DNA of 62,905 nt, counting the filler, from Sphingomonadaceae bacterium (lineage in GTDB: Bacteria; Chloroflexota; UBA6077), in the NCBI GenBank assembly GCA_050261575.1. It is 4 parts of 4 records of this genome, joined end to end, with 100 filler letters (N's around TTAATTAATTAA, not from the genome) between each part and the next. Parts side by side here need not be neighbours in the genome. Positions count along the whole stretch, not along the records: positions 38,614 to 57,130 come from JBLNDL010000028.1; positions 57,231 to 62,905 come from JBLNDL010000037.1; 2 more parts are not named here. One strand, 5' to 3'. Below are positions 49,344 to 59,133 of the stretch, in pieces. Both the position numbers and the translations under genes were made by a program. The notes under the pieces were generated by a model that did no database searches, was not told where the DNA came from, and worked only from the letters and a program-made list of their open reading frames with translations. The stretch's first letter is position 1; each line of letters starts with the position of its first letter.

Positions 49344-50789
49344 CTACAAGGCGGCCCGCAGGTCGGCGAGCCGGATCTTCAGGCGTCGCACCCCCCCCAT
49401 CGACCGTAGGAGCAGGGCTGCAAGGACGGCACAGTACAGGAGGCAGCCCGTCAGCAGGGCGAGAACGCTTCCCAGTTGGGGTGCCTGAGTAAGGAAGAGC
49501 GCCATGCAGGCCGAGGCCGCGGCTGGTTTCCAGAGCACCCGACCGAGGGCGATGGGGAGTAGCCTGCGGACGGCGAGGTAGTGCTGCAGGAAGTCGACGA
49601 CCTTGGTGAGGAGGCTGGCCAGAGCCGCACCCATCACTCCCATCTGGCTGACCAGGATCGCGCCGAAAAGGATGGCCGCCAGGGTGTCGATCACCACAAT
49701 CCTCAGTGTCGTTCTCTCTCTCAAGCTGGCGTAGAGCACCTGCCCCAACGCGATGGTGAGTGGTGCCAGGACGAGATTCCAGACCATGATGCGGAGGCTT
49801 TCCGCTGCCGCAGTGAAACCCCTCTCCCCGTAGAGGAGCAGCAACGCCTGATCGGCCAAGAAGAACAGCCCGACAGCCGCCGGTAGGGCGATGGCCAGGA
49901 GCAGCTCCATCAGGTAGCCGGAGATCCGTCCCAGATCCTGGAAGCTGGGATCGAATCGCCGGCACATCACCGGGAAGATGCTGAGGGCAATGCCCTGGAA
50001 CAGGAGCGTCACCGGTACCGTCATCTGGACGGCGGCGCTGTAGTGTCCTAGCTCCGTTTCGCCCGCGAGCTTGGAGAGCAGGAGGACGTTGACGTTTGAC
50101 ATAAGGGCGATGATGACGTCTATCCCCAGGAAGGTGCTGGAGAGCCTCGCCATTCCCAGGACGAAGGAGGGATCCAGCCTCGGGCGAGGTGTGAGAACGT
50201 TTCTAGCCAACAGGACCCATTCCATGGCCGCGATCGCCACGTAAGAGAGCAGGATGAGGAGCACGAGGGATCGCAAACCGTGGCCCTGGGCCATCAACAG
50301 GAAAGCCATGCCGACCCTGCCGATGTTGGCGGTGACGTTGGCGTAGGCGATGTACTGCATCCGCTCCCAAGCCTGGAAGACGGCCTCGCACACCGCGGAC
50401 AGGGCGTAGGGAAGCAGCCCCAGCGAGAGCAGCAGAATGACGGATGTGGTGTCTGCGGAGTAGCTCATCGCCCAGAGGAAGAGCCCGAGTACGGCAATCG
50501 AGGCGAGGGACGAGGCGGCCACCAACAGACTGCCGTTGACTAGATACAGCTCCGTCTTGTCCCTATCTTTTGCGACCTCCCTGGTGATCAGCGTCTTCAG
50601 CCCCGCGACCGCCGTCACCTGGAAGAGATAGAACAGCGAGAGGGCGAGAGACATCTGTCCGAACTCGAAAGCCCCCAGGTACCTGGCCACGAGGGCGTAC
50701 AGGACGAAGGTGGTGGCTCTGTTCACCGTGTCGCTGGCGAGGATGGAAGCCGCGTTGGCTGCCAACCGGAATAGGACGTGCACGCTCAC
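49344..50789 (-). CDS. wzx: Polysaccharide flippase
   Basis: About 12-14 TM segments, ARYLGAFEFG, GHYSAA; MOP-family layout. Confidence 0.88.
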   Translation of the reverse strand: MSVHVLFRLAANAASILASDTVNRATTFVLYALVARYLGAFEFGQMSLALSLFYLFQVTAVAGLKTLITREVAKDRDKTELYLVNGSLLVAASSLASIAVLGLFLWAMSYSADTTSVILLLSLGLLPYALSAVCEAVFQAWERMQYIAYANVTANIGRVGMAFLLMAQGHGLRSLVLLILLSYVAIAAMEWVLLARNVLTPRPRLDPSFVLGMARLSSTFLGIDVIIALMSNVNVLLLSKLAGETELGHYSAAVQMTVPVTLLFQGIALSIFPVMCRRFDPSFQDLGRISGYLMELLLAIALPAAVGLFFLADQALLLLYGERGFTAAAESLRIMVWNLVLAPLTIALGQVLYASLRERTTLRIVVIDTLAAILFGAILVSQMGVMGAALASLLTKVVDFLQHYLAVRRLLPIALGRVLWKPAAASACMALFLTQAPQLGSVLALLTGCLLYCAVLAALLLRSMGGVRRLKIRLADLRAAL

Positions 50790-52405
50790 TTCCTCCCTGT
50801 GTCACTTGTGCGCTGGTTCGCGAGCCGGTTGCGCCACCTGTTGGGTTGCTCCGCTACCTTCTCCGAAGGGGCAGGCACGTGTGCGGTTCCTGCGTCGGGC
50901 GACCGCGGACCGGCGTGCTCAGCGTGGACGCGGTGAAGCGCGGTGATGAGCGCCGCGACGAGCCACAGCGACTGCACCGGCTGGCGGTCGTTGAAGACGT
51001 CCACAGTCATGTGCACCATGTGGCCCACCAGCCCTGCAGTGAGGCCGAGGGCCGGAGCCGACAGTAATGGGTCCCGCGATCTCCAGGAGGCCCATCCCTG
51101 GTGCAGGGTGGTGAGCAGGAAGACTAAGAAGAAGAGGAGTGCGAAGATTCCGCTCTCGGCCCATATGCGCAGGTACACGTTGTGGACGGTGTAGAGCCAT
51201 TCGCCACCCAGGTCGGGCGTGGCGAACTGGCCTATGTTGACAGCGAAGTTGTTGGCTCCGACTCCCAGCAGTGGATTGCTGGCGATCATCTTGAAGGCCA
51301 GTTCCATCAACGGGAATCTCGAAGTGGCGGATTCCTCGGCAAGGAGCCGGCTGCCGATGGCATCCTGGAAAGGCAGAGCCGCTACTGGGATGACCAGCAG
51401 AAGCGCCAGGGGGATTCTGGGAGAAAGGATCCCCCGGCGAGAGACCAGGAAAGAGACCAGGGCGAGGGAAATGACGAATGCCATCCAACCACCTCGGGTG
51501 AAGGTGAGGATCAGAGCGAGACCTCCAAGGCCCAGGGCGAGGATGGCCAGACGCTTGAGTGCGCGGCCGGCGTCCGACAGCAGGAAGCTGAAGGCGAGGG
51601 GGAGGAGCAGGCTCAGGTAGCCGGCCGCGTTGCCCGGCGACCCGAGGGTGCCGGAGAGCCGGTAGAAGCTCGTGCTCGATCCTTGCTCCAGATCTGCCCG
51701 ACCCGAGATTCCGGCCACAGAGAAGTTGCCGGGCGCGGCCAACATGGCGAGCATCACCATTCCCTCCAGCGCCAGACCCGCCAGCAGGACCGTGGCGATG
51801 AAGATGATCTCGTTCCGGTCGCGCACCCTGTTGATCACGTAGAAGTGGAGCAGGAAGGTCTGGACGAACAGGAAGAGCTGGAAGATAGCGAGTGTGCGAT
51901 CGCCGGCCGCAGCCGCGGAGAGTGCGGCGAAGGCTACGAACAGCGCCAGGGGCCAGTTGACCTGCAACTTCGAGCGCGCCGGCATTCGGGGAGCGACGAG
52001 CAATTCAGCGGCCCACAGGGCATACAGCGCAGCCAGCGCGAGGGTAGTCGCTGAGATCCCCAAGCCGCCGACCGCCCCGAGGTCGGCGGCTTGGGGCCGG
52101 TAATCCAGGTGGATTTCGAGCTTGAATGGAATGTTGAGCAGTATCACGGCCAGGAGCAGCCGGTGCAGGTTTCCCACCGCCACCGCTACGAAGGGCAAGA
52201 GTGTCGCCACGACGAACAGTGGGGCCCACTGTGCCGGCAGGGAGAAGGCCACGAAGACCGACTGCCCCAAGAGGACGGCCACGACGGCGACTGCCGCGGC
52301 CTGCAGCAGGACCGTCCCGTACGTCGCGCTGGTGAACACGGAGGCAAAGCCCTCCGGATGTTGGGCGGGCGCACTATTCGGTTGGATCATTGGCTTGCGG
52401 GCCAT
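50786..52405 (-). CDS. O-antigen ligase / Wzy-family polymerase
   Basis: Multi-TM; RLSGTLGSP, TFTRGGW, NPLLGVG, VHNVYL..AESG. Confidence 0.85.
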   Translation of the reverse strand: MARKPMIQPNSAPAQHPEGFASVFTSATYGTVLLQAAAVAVVAVLLGQSVFVAFSLPAQWAPLFVVATLLPFVAVAVGNLHRLLLAVILLNIPFKLEIHLDYRPQAADLGAVGGLGISATTLALAALYALWAAELLVAPRMPARSKLQVNWPLALFVAFAALSAAAAGDRTLAIFQLFLFVQTFLLHFYVINRVRDRNEIIFIATVLLAGLALEGMVMLAMLAAPGNFSVAGISGRADLEQGSSTSFYRLSGTLGSPGNAAGYLSLLLPLAFSFLLSDAGRALKRLAILALGLGGLALILTFTRGGWMAFVISLALVSFLVSRRGILSPRIPLALLLVIPVAALPFQDAIGSRLLAEESATSRFPLMELAFKMIASNPLLGVGANNFAVNIGQFATPDLGGEWLYTVHNVYLRIWAESGIFALLFFLVFLLTTLHQGWASWRSRDPLLSAPALGLTAGLVGHMVHMTVDVFNDRQPVQSLWLVAALITALHRVHAEHAGPRSPDAGTAHVPAPSEKVAEQPNRWRNRLANQRTSDTGRK

Positions 52406-52474
52406 TGGACCTCCGGACTCTCCCTGCGCGTCCCGGAGCGCCACGTCCGGACGCGCAGGGGGCCGATCAGACGC

Positions 52475-53602
52475 TCAGCTCGCCAGGAAACCGGAGACGG
52501 CCTCTGCCACGCGCCGGGTATCCTCCGGTGTGAGTTCGGGGTACATGGGCAGGGAGAGAAGCTGGCGCGAGTGCTCCTCCGCGACAGGGAAGCTGCCCGG
52601 CCCGAGCCCAAGCTCCTGGTAGGCGGGCTGCAGATGGATTGGGATGGGGTAGTGGATTCCCGTATCGATGCCCTGCTCCCGCAGGTGAGCCGCCAGTCCA
52701 TCGCGGTCGGCCACTCGGATCACGTAGAGGTGGTAGACGGGCTCCACTTCACCGGCCTCCACCGGAAGAATCAGGTCCTGGCCCGCGAGCAGTTCGCCGT
52801 AATGTCGGGCACGAAGTCGACGTGCCTGGTTCCACTCTTCCAGGTGTCTCAGCTTGACCCTGAGGATCGCCGCCTGGAGGGTGTCGAGGCGCCGGTTGAA
52901 GCCCTTGAGTTGATGGTGGTACTTCTTCTGCTGCCCGTAGTTGCGGAGCATACGAAGGGTCTCGGCCACCTTGGCGTCACCTGTCACGACCATGCCGCCG
53001 TCCCCGTAGGCTCCCAAGTTCTTGCCAGGGTAGAAGCTGAACGCGGCGGCGTGGCCGATGGACCCAACTCTCCTCCCCTTGTAACGAGCGCCATGGGCCT
53101 GGCAGGCATCCTCGATGACGACGAGGCCGTGACGGCGCGCGATCTCCTGGATCCGATCCATGTCGGCTGGATGGCCGAAGAGGTGAACAGGGATCACGGC
53201 CTTCGTTCGTGGGGTGATGGCCTTCTCCAGGAGTGAGGTATCCAGGGTGTAGGTCTCCGGATCCGCGTCGACGAGTACCGGCCTAGCTCCGGTGTATGAG
53301 ATGGCCAGTGCGGTGGCGATGAAGGTGTTTGCGGCTGTGATGACCTCGTCCCCTGGACCGATCCCATAGGCCCTGAGAGCGAGCTCCAGCGCGGAGGTTC
53401 CGGAATCCACACCGACCGCATGGTCCACTTCGCAGAAGCTGGCGAAATCCTCCTCGAAGAGGCGGACCTCCTGCCCCAGGATGAAGTCCGTCTGATGTAG
53501 GTTCTTCGAGATCGCGTCGTTCACCTCATGCTCGATGGAGGCATACTGGGCTGCCAGGTCCACGAATGGCACCCGACTGAGAGTCCGATCGCTAGAGATC
53601 AT
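52475..53602 (-). CDS. DegT/DnrJ/EryC1/StrS sugar aminotransferase
   Basis: [40 protein letters not shown]. Confidence 0.95.
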   Translation of the reverse strand: MISSDRTLSRVPFVDLAAQYASIEHEVNDAISKNLHQTDFILGQEVRLFEEDFASFCEVDHAVGVDSGTSALELALRAYGIGPGDEVITAANTFIATALAISYTGARPVLVDADPETYTLDTSLLEKAITPRTKAVIPVHLFGHPADMDRIQEIARRHGLVVIEDACQAHGARYKGRRVGSIGHAAAFSFYPGKNLGAYGDGGMVVTGDAKVAETLRMLRNYGQQKKYHHQLKGFNRRLDTLQAAILRVKLRHLEEWNQARRLRARHYGELLAGQDLILPVEAGEVEPVYHLYVIRVADRDGLAAHLREQGIDTGIHYPIPIHLQPAYQELGLGPGSFPVAEEHSRQLLSLPMYPELTPEDTRRVAEAVSGFLAS

Positions 53603-54750
53603 CCGTTATCCTCCTTCTCCACGAAGGCCCGTGAACGCTCGGTCGACAGGCGCGCGGCCTCCATCATCGACCGCACCATCTCCACCGGTGGCGACTCCAG
53701 TTCGAGCAGTCGGTCAGTCTCCGTGCCGGGACGCTCAACCACTACCGGAGCGCCGCGGTGTTCAATGGAGCGGTCGACGGCCTCCATGACTCGCACCACG
53801 TCGGTCCCTTCCCTGCTGCCAGAGATGGGCGAGATGCCTTCCGCGATGCACTTCAGGAAGTGGTTGCACTGCTCCTTGAGGGGCTCGCTGGTCTCGACCT
53901 TGGGGCTGATGATGTCGCCGTCCCGAATCTGGTACTGGTGTTCCCCGAAGCTGGATGCCTCGTGGGGGGAGGGCTTGACACCTTTTTCGAAGACTCGGAC
54001 CCGCTCCATGGCATTGAGATCGTCGAAGATGGCGCGGCGATCGCTTCCCACGACGACGACCTCCCGGACCTTGTTCGGGTCCGCCCAACTGACATGGATG
54101 TGGCCGATGATCCCGTTCGGGTAGCCCAGCGAGATGAAGCCCACGTCTTCTCGGGAGGTGCGCAGGACCCTCGCGCCGACGGCGCTGACCCATCCGGGCA
54201 CACCGTTCAGCAAGTAGTTGAAGATCGATATGTCGTGAGGAGCCAGATCCCACAGGGCGTTCACGTCGTGGCGGATGGGGCCCATGTTGGTGCGCCGGGC
54301 GTAGAGGTAGTAGATCTGGCCCAACTCCCCCCGCTCTATGTAGGTCCTGATCTTTCGCACGCCGCTGTTGTGCACGAATGTGTGGCCGACCATGAGGGTG
54401 CGTTCCCTTTGTTCGGCAATGGCAGTCAGCGCTTCGGCGTCTGCCACCGTGGTGGTGATCGGCTTCTCGACCAGTACGTGCTTTCCTGCCTGGAGACAGC
54501 GGCGGGCTATGTCGAAATGGGTTGTCGCGGGGGTGCAGACCACGGCTGCCGAAACCCCATCGTGGCTCAGGGCGATCTCGAGGTTGGTGGTGGTTTCGAC
54601 TCCGGGGAAGCGCCTCGCGATCTCCTCCAGCCGACTCTCCTCGCGGTCGCAGACAACGAGGGTCCTGGACTGGGGCAACTCGTTGAAAAGGCGGACGTAG
54701 TTGATGCCCCAGTAACCGCTGCCAATGACGGCAATCCCGATCTTTCCCAT
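53599..54750 (-). CDS. Gfo/Idh/MocA family oxidoreductase
   Basis: GSGYWG, TPATTH, VEKP, VGHTF, DLAPHD; start MGKIG. Confidence 0.92.
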   Translation of the reverse strand: MGKIGIAVIGSGYWGINYVRLFNELPQSRTLVVCDREESRLEEIARRFPGVETTTNLEIALSHDGVSAAVVCTPATTHFDIARRCLQAGKHVLVEKPITTTVADAEALTAIAEQRERTLMVGHTFVHNSGVRKIRTYIERGELGQIYYLYARRTNMGPIRHDVNALWDLAPHDISIFNYLLNGVPGWVSAVGARVLRTSREDVGFISLGYPNGIIGHIHVSWADPNKVREVVVVGSDRRAIFDDLNAMERVRVFEKGVKPSPHEASSFGEHQYQIRDGDIISPKVETSEPLKEQCNHFLKCIAEGISPISGSREGTDVVRVMEAVDRSIEHRGAPVVVERPGTETDRLLELESPPVEMVRSMMEAARLSTERSRAFVEKEDNG

Positions 54751-54758
54751 GATGCTCC

Positions 54759-55520
54759 TTATGCTGCTCCTCGGCCGAACAGGACGACCGGGACGGTGAG
54801 TAGTAGAATCCGCATGTCGAACCACAGCGACCGGCGCTCTATGTACTCGATGTCCATACGTACCATCTCCTCGAGGCTGGTGAGGCCGCGTCCCCTGACC
54901 TGCCACAGGCAGGTGATGCCGGGCGTTGCCTGGAGCCGCTGCCAGTGCCAGTCCTCGTATTCGGCAACCTCGTACAGCGGCACGGGGCGGGGCCCCACCA
55001 GGCTCATGTCGCCCCGGAGCACGTTCCAGAGTTGCGGCAGTTCGTCGATGCTGGTCTTCCGGAGCAGCCGGCCGACCCGGGTGATGCGAGGGTCGTTGAC
55101 TAGCTTCACCAGTTCCACGGACTCCCCGTCGCCCTTCCTTCCTCTTCGACTGCGAATCCAATCCCTCACGTGCTGCTCGTGCAGACTCTGGTCGCTGTTG
55201 TGGTGCATGGAGCGGAACTTGTATATGGTGAAGGGGCGCAGCCGCCCCCGGCGCCAGTCGTAGCCCATGCGCTCCTGCGCGAACAACACCGGCCCCGGGG
55301 TGTCCAGTCTGATCAATAGACCGACCGCAACCAGCAGTGGGGACAGAAGCAGCAGGGCAGCGGCGGATAAGACGATGTCCGTCAGCCGCTTCGTCCACAG
55401 GTAGAGCACCCTCGATGGACTCGACGTGCTCGACGCGTGGAATCCGTGCTGTCGGTCCCACCCGACCTTCTCCAAGATCCTGGAGCCTGTTGGCGCTTCT
55501 CCCATGGTAGATGTCTCCAA
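54759..55520 (-). CDS. Priming phosphoglycosyl transferase (bacterial sugar transferase)
   Basis: KRLTDI, QERMG, KFRSM, DPRITRVG, SIDELPQL, GDMSLVGPRP, PGITCLWQV. Confidence 0.95.
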   Translation of the reverse strand: METSTMGEAPTGSRILEKVGWDRQHGFHASSTSSPSRVLYLWTKRLTDIVLSAAALLLLSPLLVAVGLLIRLDTPGPVLFAQERMGYDWRRGRLRPFTIYKFRSMHHNSDQSLHEQHVRDWIRSRRGRKGDGESVELVKLVNDPRITRVGRLLRKTSIDELPQLWNVLRGDMSLVGPRPVPLYEVAEYEDWHWQRLQATPGITCLWQVRGRGLTSLEEMVRMDIEYIERRSLWFDMRILLLTVPVVLFGRGAA

Positions 55521-55612
55521 GGTTCACCATCCGAACGTGGGCCTTCGGTCGACTGCCCTCGACACGCCACGGACGCAGAGTTCGTGGGCGAGCGACACTT
55601 CTAGGCCATGCG

Positions 55613-56563
55613 TTATTCGGCGGCTGCGGACTTCCCTGCCCTCGGGATGGGAACCGAGCCTGCCGATCTTCCTTGGGGTTGGATGCGGGGGGGCGATCCC
55701 TGACTCGGCATCCCCGCCGCGACTCGCAGCTTTGTCGGCGGTTGGACCCTGTTGTCCAGTCTCGCGATCAGCAGGGCCAAGCCGACGCCTCCCGCCAGCC
55801 CGAGGAGGGCTCCGAGAGCGAGGTAGAGCAATGGGCGAGGCCTAATCGGGTGTTGAGGCAAGGCGGCTAGTTCCACCACGGTCACGTTGCCCGATCGCGC
55901 CGCCTCCTCCGTTCGTGCCCGGTCGTACTCGCCGAGCAGGGCAACGTAGCTCTGCTCCTCTTGCAGGAGCCTACCGTTCACCTCCTGCATCAACGCCAGG
56001 AGGGCCGGATCCGGCTGGGGAGTGGACTGCCTCTCCTGAGACAGCCGGTCGAGGAGGGCTCGGTCCTCCCTCAGCCTCTGTTCGGCTGCGTTGACCCGCT
56101 CCTCGAGGGTCTTCGTGGTGTTCCCACTCTGGACTGCAAGGGTCTGTTGGGCTCGCTCGACGAAGAGCGCGGCCAGCGCGTTGGCTACGTCGACGGCCCG
56201 AGAGCCGCTCGGGCTCTCGGCACGAACTCTGATCAGTTCGGTGTTCGCGAGGGGCTCGACCTTGACGGAGGCTGCCAGATCCTCTGGCGTGGTTTCCAGA
56301 CTCAACCTTTGGATGACCTGCTCCAGAAATGGCCGGCTCTTCAGCAGGTGAACGTAGGTGTTCGTCAGGCGGTCGGCGTACATCAGCTCGGTGAAGCTGG
56401 CGGATCCACCCTGGCCATGGGCGATGCGGACGGTGGCGGATGCGGAGTAGACGGGAACCATCAAGAAGGAGCCGAGTCCGACCACGGCAAGGGTCAGCAG
56501 AAGGGTCGACAGGACTACCCACTTCCGCTGCCAGAGGATCAGAGCGTACCGCCCGCTTTCCAT
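55613..56563 (-). CDS. Wzz/CpsC-like polysaccharide chain-length regulator
   Basis: Two TMs flanking a coiled-coil loop; PVYSASAT, P..PIRP; GGAGG RBS. Confidence 0.85.
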   Translation of the reverse strand: MESGRYALILWQRKWVVLSTLLLTLAVVGLGSFLMVPVYSASATVRIAHGQGGSASFTELMYADRLTNTYVHLLKSRPFLEQVIQRLSLETTPEDLAASVKVEPLANTELIRVRAESPSGSRAVDVANALAALFVERAQQTLAVQSGNTTKTLEERVNAAEQRLREDRALLDRLSQERQSTPQPDPALLALMQEVNGRLLQEEQSYVALLGEYDRARTEEAARSGNVTVVELAALPQHPIRPRPLLYLALGALLGLAGGVGLALLIARLDNRVQPPTKLRVAAGMPSQGSPPRIQPQGRSAGSVPIPRAGKSAAAE

Positions 56564-56760
56564 CTACCGACATACCTCCTCATCCGCTGCTGACTGACGG
56601 CGACCGCCGTCGCCTGGCACAGTCCGGTCTTCCGAAATTGGGGAATCAGATGGCCACCCGACGAGTATCGCCCGATGGCAAGTCGGGAGTCTCACGCGTC
56701 ACGGCGACTGAGTATGGCGAGTGTGTGCTTAGGTGAAGCAACATCCTGATAGGGGAGGTG

Positions 56761-56775
56761 GCAAATTCTATACCA
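56761..56775 (-). promoter_or_regulatory. Putative sigma-54 (-24/-12) promoter of the polysaccharide cluster
   Basis: Minus-strand TGGTATAGAATTTGC = GG-N10-GC, about 200 bp upstream of the wzz-like gene. Confidence 0.6.
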
Positions 56776-57017
56776 GCAAGAGCATGATTGAGGACGAAAT
56801 GATTGAAGGTGCGAGAGCTAATAGTAGGCGAACAGGGCCTTGGGTTAGTTGCGGCCGGATGAACGCGCGATGCAGTGCTAAGAGGAAGGAAGGATCGCGC
56901 GGGTCGACGCCGTCAGTATCGCCTTCGCGGGTGGGGTGGTGAGTGCCTTGCCGGGGATGATCGAAGAAGGATGGATGGGGCTGTTCTTGCCCGGGGGTGA
57001 GCGCCCCCGGGAACGCT

Positions 57018-57049
57018 GTGGGGCGGCGGGGATATACCCGCCGCCCCAC
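57018..57049. repeat. REP-like perfect palindrome
   Basis: GTGGGGCGGCGGG-gatata-CCCGCCGCCCCAC, 13-bp arms. Confidence 0.6.
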
Positions 57050-57130
57050 AGAAACGGGCCAAAAAGGCTCAGTGCGTCTCGTCCACCAGCACGATAACCA
57101 CCCCGGTGTCCGCCCCAGGGGGGCCGTAAG

Positions 57131-57230
57131 NNNNNNNNNNNNNNNNNNNNNNNNNNNNNNNNNNNNNNNNNNNNTTAATTAATTAANNNNNNNNNNNNNN
57201 NNNNNNNNNNNNNNNNNNNNNNNNNNNNNN
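57131..57230. other. Artificial contig join
   Basis: N-run with TTAATTAATTAA. Confidence 0.97.
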
Positions 57231-57364
57231 ACCTCCCGAGGCCCACAGTCTACCCGGAAGATGGCCACTTGTCCTCTCCCGCCACCCAGGCCCATCCCTT
57301 CCCATTCACCCATCAGGTGATGCCCCAAGCGTCAATCCACGGATTGGGGTCTACTGCCAAAACC

Positions 57365-57393
57365 TTGACGGCCGGGGTCCACGCATCTACAAT
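57365..57393 (+). promoter_or_regulatory. Sigma-70 promoter of metK
   Basis: TTGACG-17 bp-TACAAT directly before the riboswitch. Confidence 0.75.
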
Positions 57394-57413
57394 AGGAGCA
57401 CAATCTCATACCG

Positions 57414-57522
57414 AGCTATCAAGAGCGGCGCATCGCTGATGCGCCCGGCAACCTGGCGGCGACCGCCGAGGTGCCAGTCCTCACCCTGGGGAGATAGGCC
57501 CGAAAGGGAACCAAAGGTCGCG
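57414..57522 (+). ncRNA. SAM riboswitch (SAM-I superfamily, SAM-I/IV-type architecture)
   Basis: CTATCAAGAG...CCGGCAACC...GGTGCC...GAGATAG core; simple P2; CCC-GAAA-GGG P5; upstream of metK. Confidence 0.88.
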
Positions 57523-57525
57523 CAT

Positions 57526-57546
57526 CCCCCGTGCGCGGGGGTTTTT
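57526..57546 (+). terminator. Intrinsic terminator of the SAM leader
   Basis: CCCCCG-tgcg-CGGGGG followed by TTTTT. Confidence 0.8.
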
Positions 57547-57587
57547 CGTTGCGCCGCGCTGGATGGCTCGATGAAAGGAGTCACAGC

Positions 57588-58691
57588 ATGGCCACCAGCG
57601 CACGCCACATCCTCACCGCCGAGTCCGTCTCCGAAGGGCACCCCGACAAGGTCTGCGACTTCATCGCAGACTCCATCCTGGACGCCCACCTCGCCGCCGA
57701 TCCACGCAGCCGCGTGGCGTGCGAGGTGATGGCGAAGAGCAACCTCGTGATCCTCGCCGGGGAGGTCACCTCCGCCGCATCCCTGGACTACGCCTCCACC
57801 GTCCGCCGGGCGGTGCGCGATGTGGGCTACACGGACCCAAACGAGCCCTTCTGCGCCGACACGCTCTTCGTCCAGCAGTTGATCACGCGCCAGTCACTGG
57901 ACATCGCCAGAGGCGTGGACCGGCAAGAGGACCAGGGCGCGGGGGACCAGGGCATCATGTTCGGCTACGCGACCGACGAGACCCCCGAGCTGATGCCGCT
58001 GCCGATCCTCCTCGCGCACCGCATTGCGAGGCAGTTGGCCGAGGACCGCAAGAGCGGCCGCTACCCGTGGCTGCGTCCGGACGCGAAGACCCAGGTCTCC
58101 GTGCGATACGAGGGCGCCCGGCCGGTCTCCGTCACCGACGTACTCGTCTCCACCCAGCACGCCCGCGACTTCGCGCAGGAGGAGATCCACGCCTACGTCA
58201 GAGCCGACCTGTTGCCTAGGGCCCTCGGAAGCTGGTTCGACCCGGAGATCCGAGTGAAGACCAACCCCACCGGCAGCTTCGTGCAGGGCGGCCCCGCCGC
58301 CGACTGCGGGTTGACCGGCAGGAAGATCATCGTGGACACGTACGGAGGGGCCGCTCGCCACGGTGGAGGCGCCTTCAGCGGAAAGGACCCGTCGAAGGTG
58401 GACCGCAGCGCCGCCTACTTCTGCCGGTACGTCGCGCGGCAGCTCGTGAGGCAGGGTCTGGCCAAGAGGGCGGAGATCCAGGTGTCGTACGCGATCGGGG
58501 TGGCGCAGCCGGTTTCCATATCCGTGCACACCTTCGGGACGGGCGACGAGCGAGCCGCGGAGTCCTTCGTGAGGCAGTACGACTTCCGACCGGCAGCCAT
58601 CGTGGAGACGCTGGACCTGCTGCGTCCCATCTACAGGCAGTCGACCAACTACGGCCACTTCGGCAGGCCGGGCCTGCCTTGGGAGGCGTAG
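57588..58691 (+). CDS. metK: S-adenosylmethionine synthetase
   Basis: ESVSEGHPDK, GAGDQG, RPDAKTQV, GLTGRKIIVDTYGG, GGAFSGKDPSKVDRS, YGHFGR. Confidence 0.97.
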   Translation: MATSARHILTAESVSEGHPDKVCDFIADSILDAHLAADPRSRVACEVMAKSNLVILAGEVTSAASLDYASTVRRAVRDVGYTDPNEPFCADTLFVQQLITRQSLDIARGVDRQEDQGAGDQGIMFGYATDETPELMPLPILLAHRIARQLAEDRKSGRYPWLRPDAKTQVSVRYEGARPVSVTDVLVSTQHARDFAQEEIHAYVRADLLPRALGSWFDPEIRVKTNPTGSFVQGGPAADCGLTGRKIIVDTYGGAARHGGGAFSGKDPSKVDRSAAYFCRYVARQLVRQGLAKRAEIQVSYAIGVAQPVSISVHTFGTGDERAAESFVRQYDFRPAAIVETLDLLRPIYRQSTNYGHFGRPGLPWEA

Positions 58692-59133
58692 GGTTCCGCC
58701 CCCAGGAGCCTTCCGCCGTCACCGCCGATACGACCATCGTCGAATCTCGCAGGATCTAAGACAGGGAAAGGCCGCGATGTCGAACAGACCGTTCGGCAAG
58801 AAGGTGGGCTACCCTGCGGCCATCGGCACCTTCCCGCCGCTCGAACAGTCCCACCTGCTGGAGGCTCACGGGGCGCTTAGGTTGTGAGGCTCGCGAGGGC
58901 GAGGCTTCTGCCGAGCCGGTGGAGGGCGGGGCCCCGACGGCTCGCCAGGAGGCTCGCCCTCCCGGTCGGCTCGCCCTGCGGACAGTCTCTTCCCTGGCAG
59001 CTCCACCTCGACCCGGTCGCCGAACCGCCCCTCCCCCCACCCCGAGGCGGGTCCGCCCCTTGCGAGGAAGTGCCGCCCCTAAAGAAGAAACCGCGCCACC
59101 GAACGGCGCCTAAGCTCGAAGGGAGGCATCTTC

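Noticed and set aside
38777..55530. Apparent long N-terminal extensions or fusions in the ORF track (ATP-grasp 634 aa, dehydrogenase 604 aa, GT 587 aa, Gfo/Idh/MocA 643 aa)
   Set aside because: The extensions overlap upstream genes in another frame; the real starts are coupled to upstream stops
58781..58795. CGAAC-agacc-GTTCG as a LexA (Cheo) box
   Set aside because: The spacer is 5 bp rather than 4 and no SOS gene is adjacent
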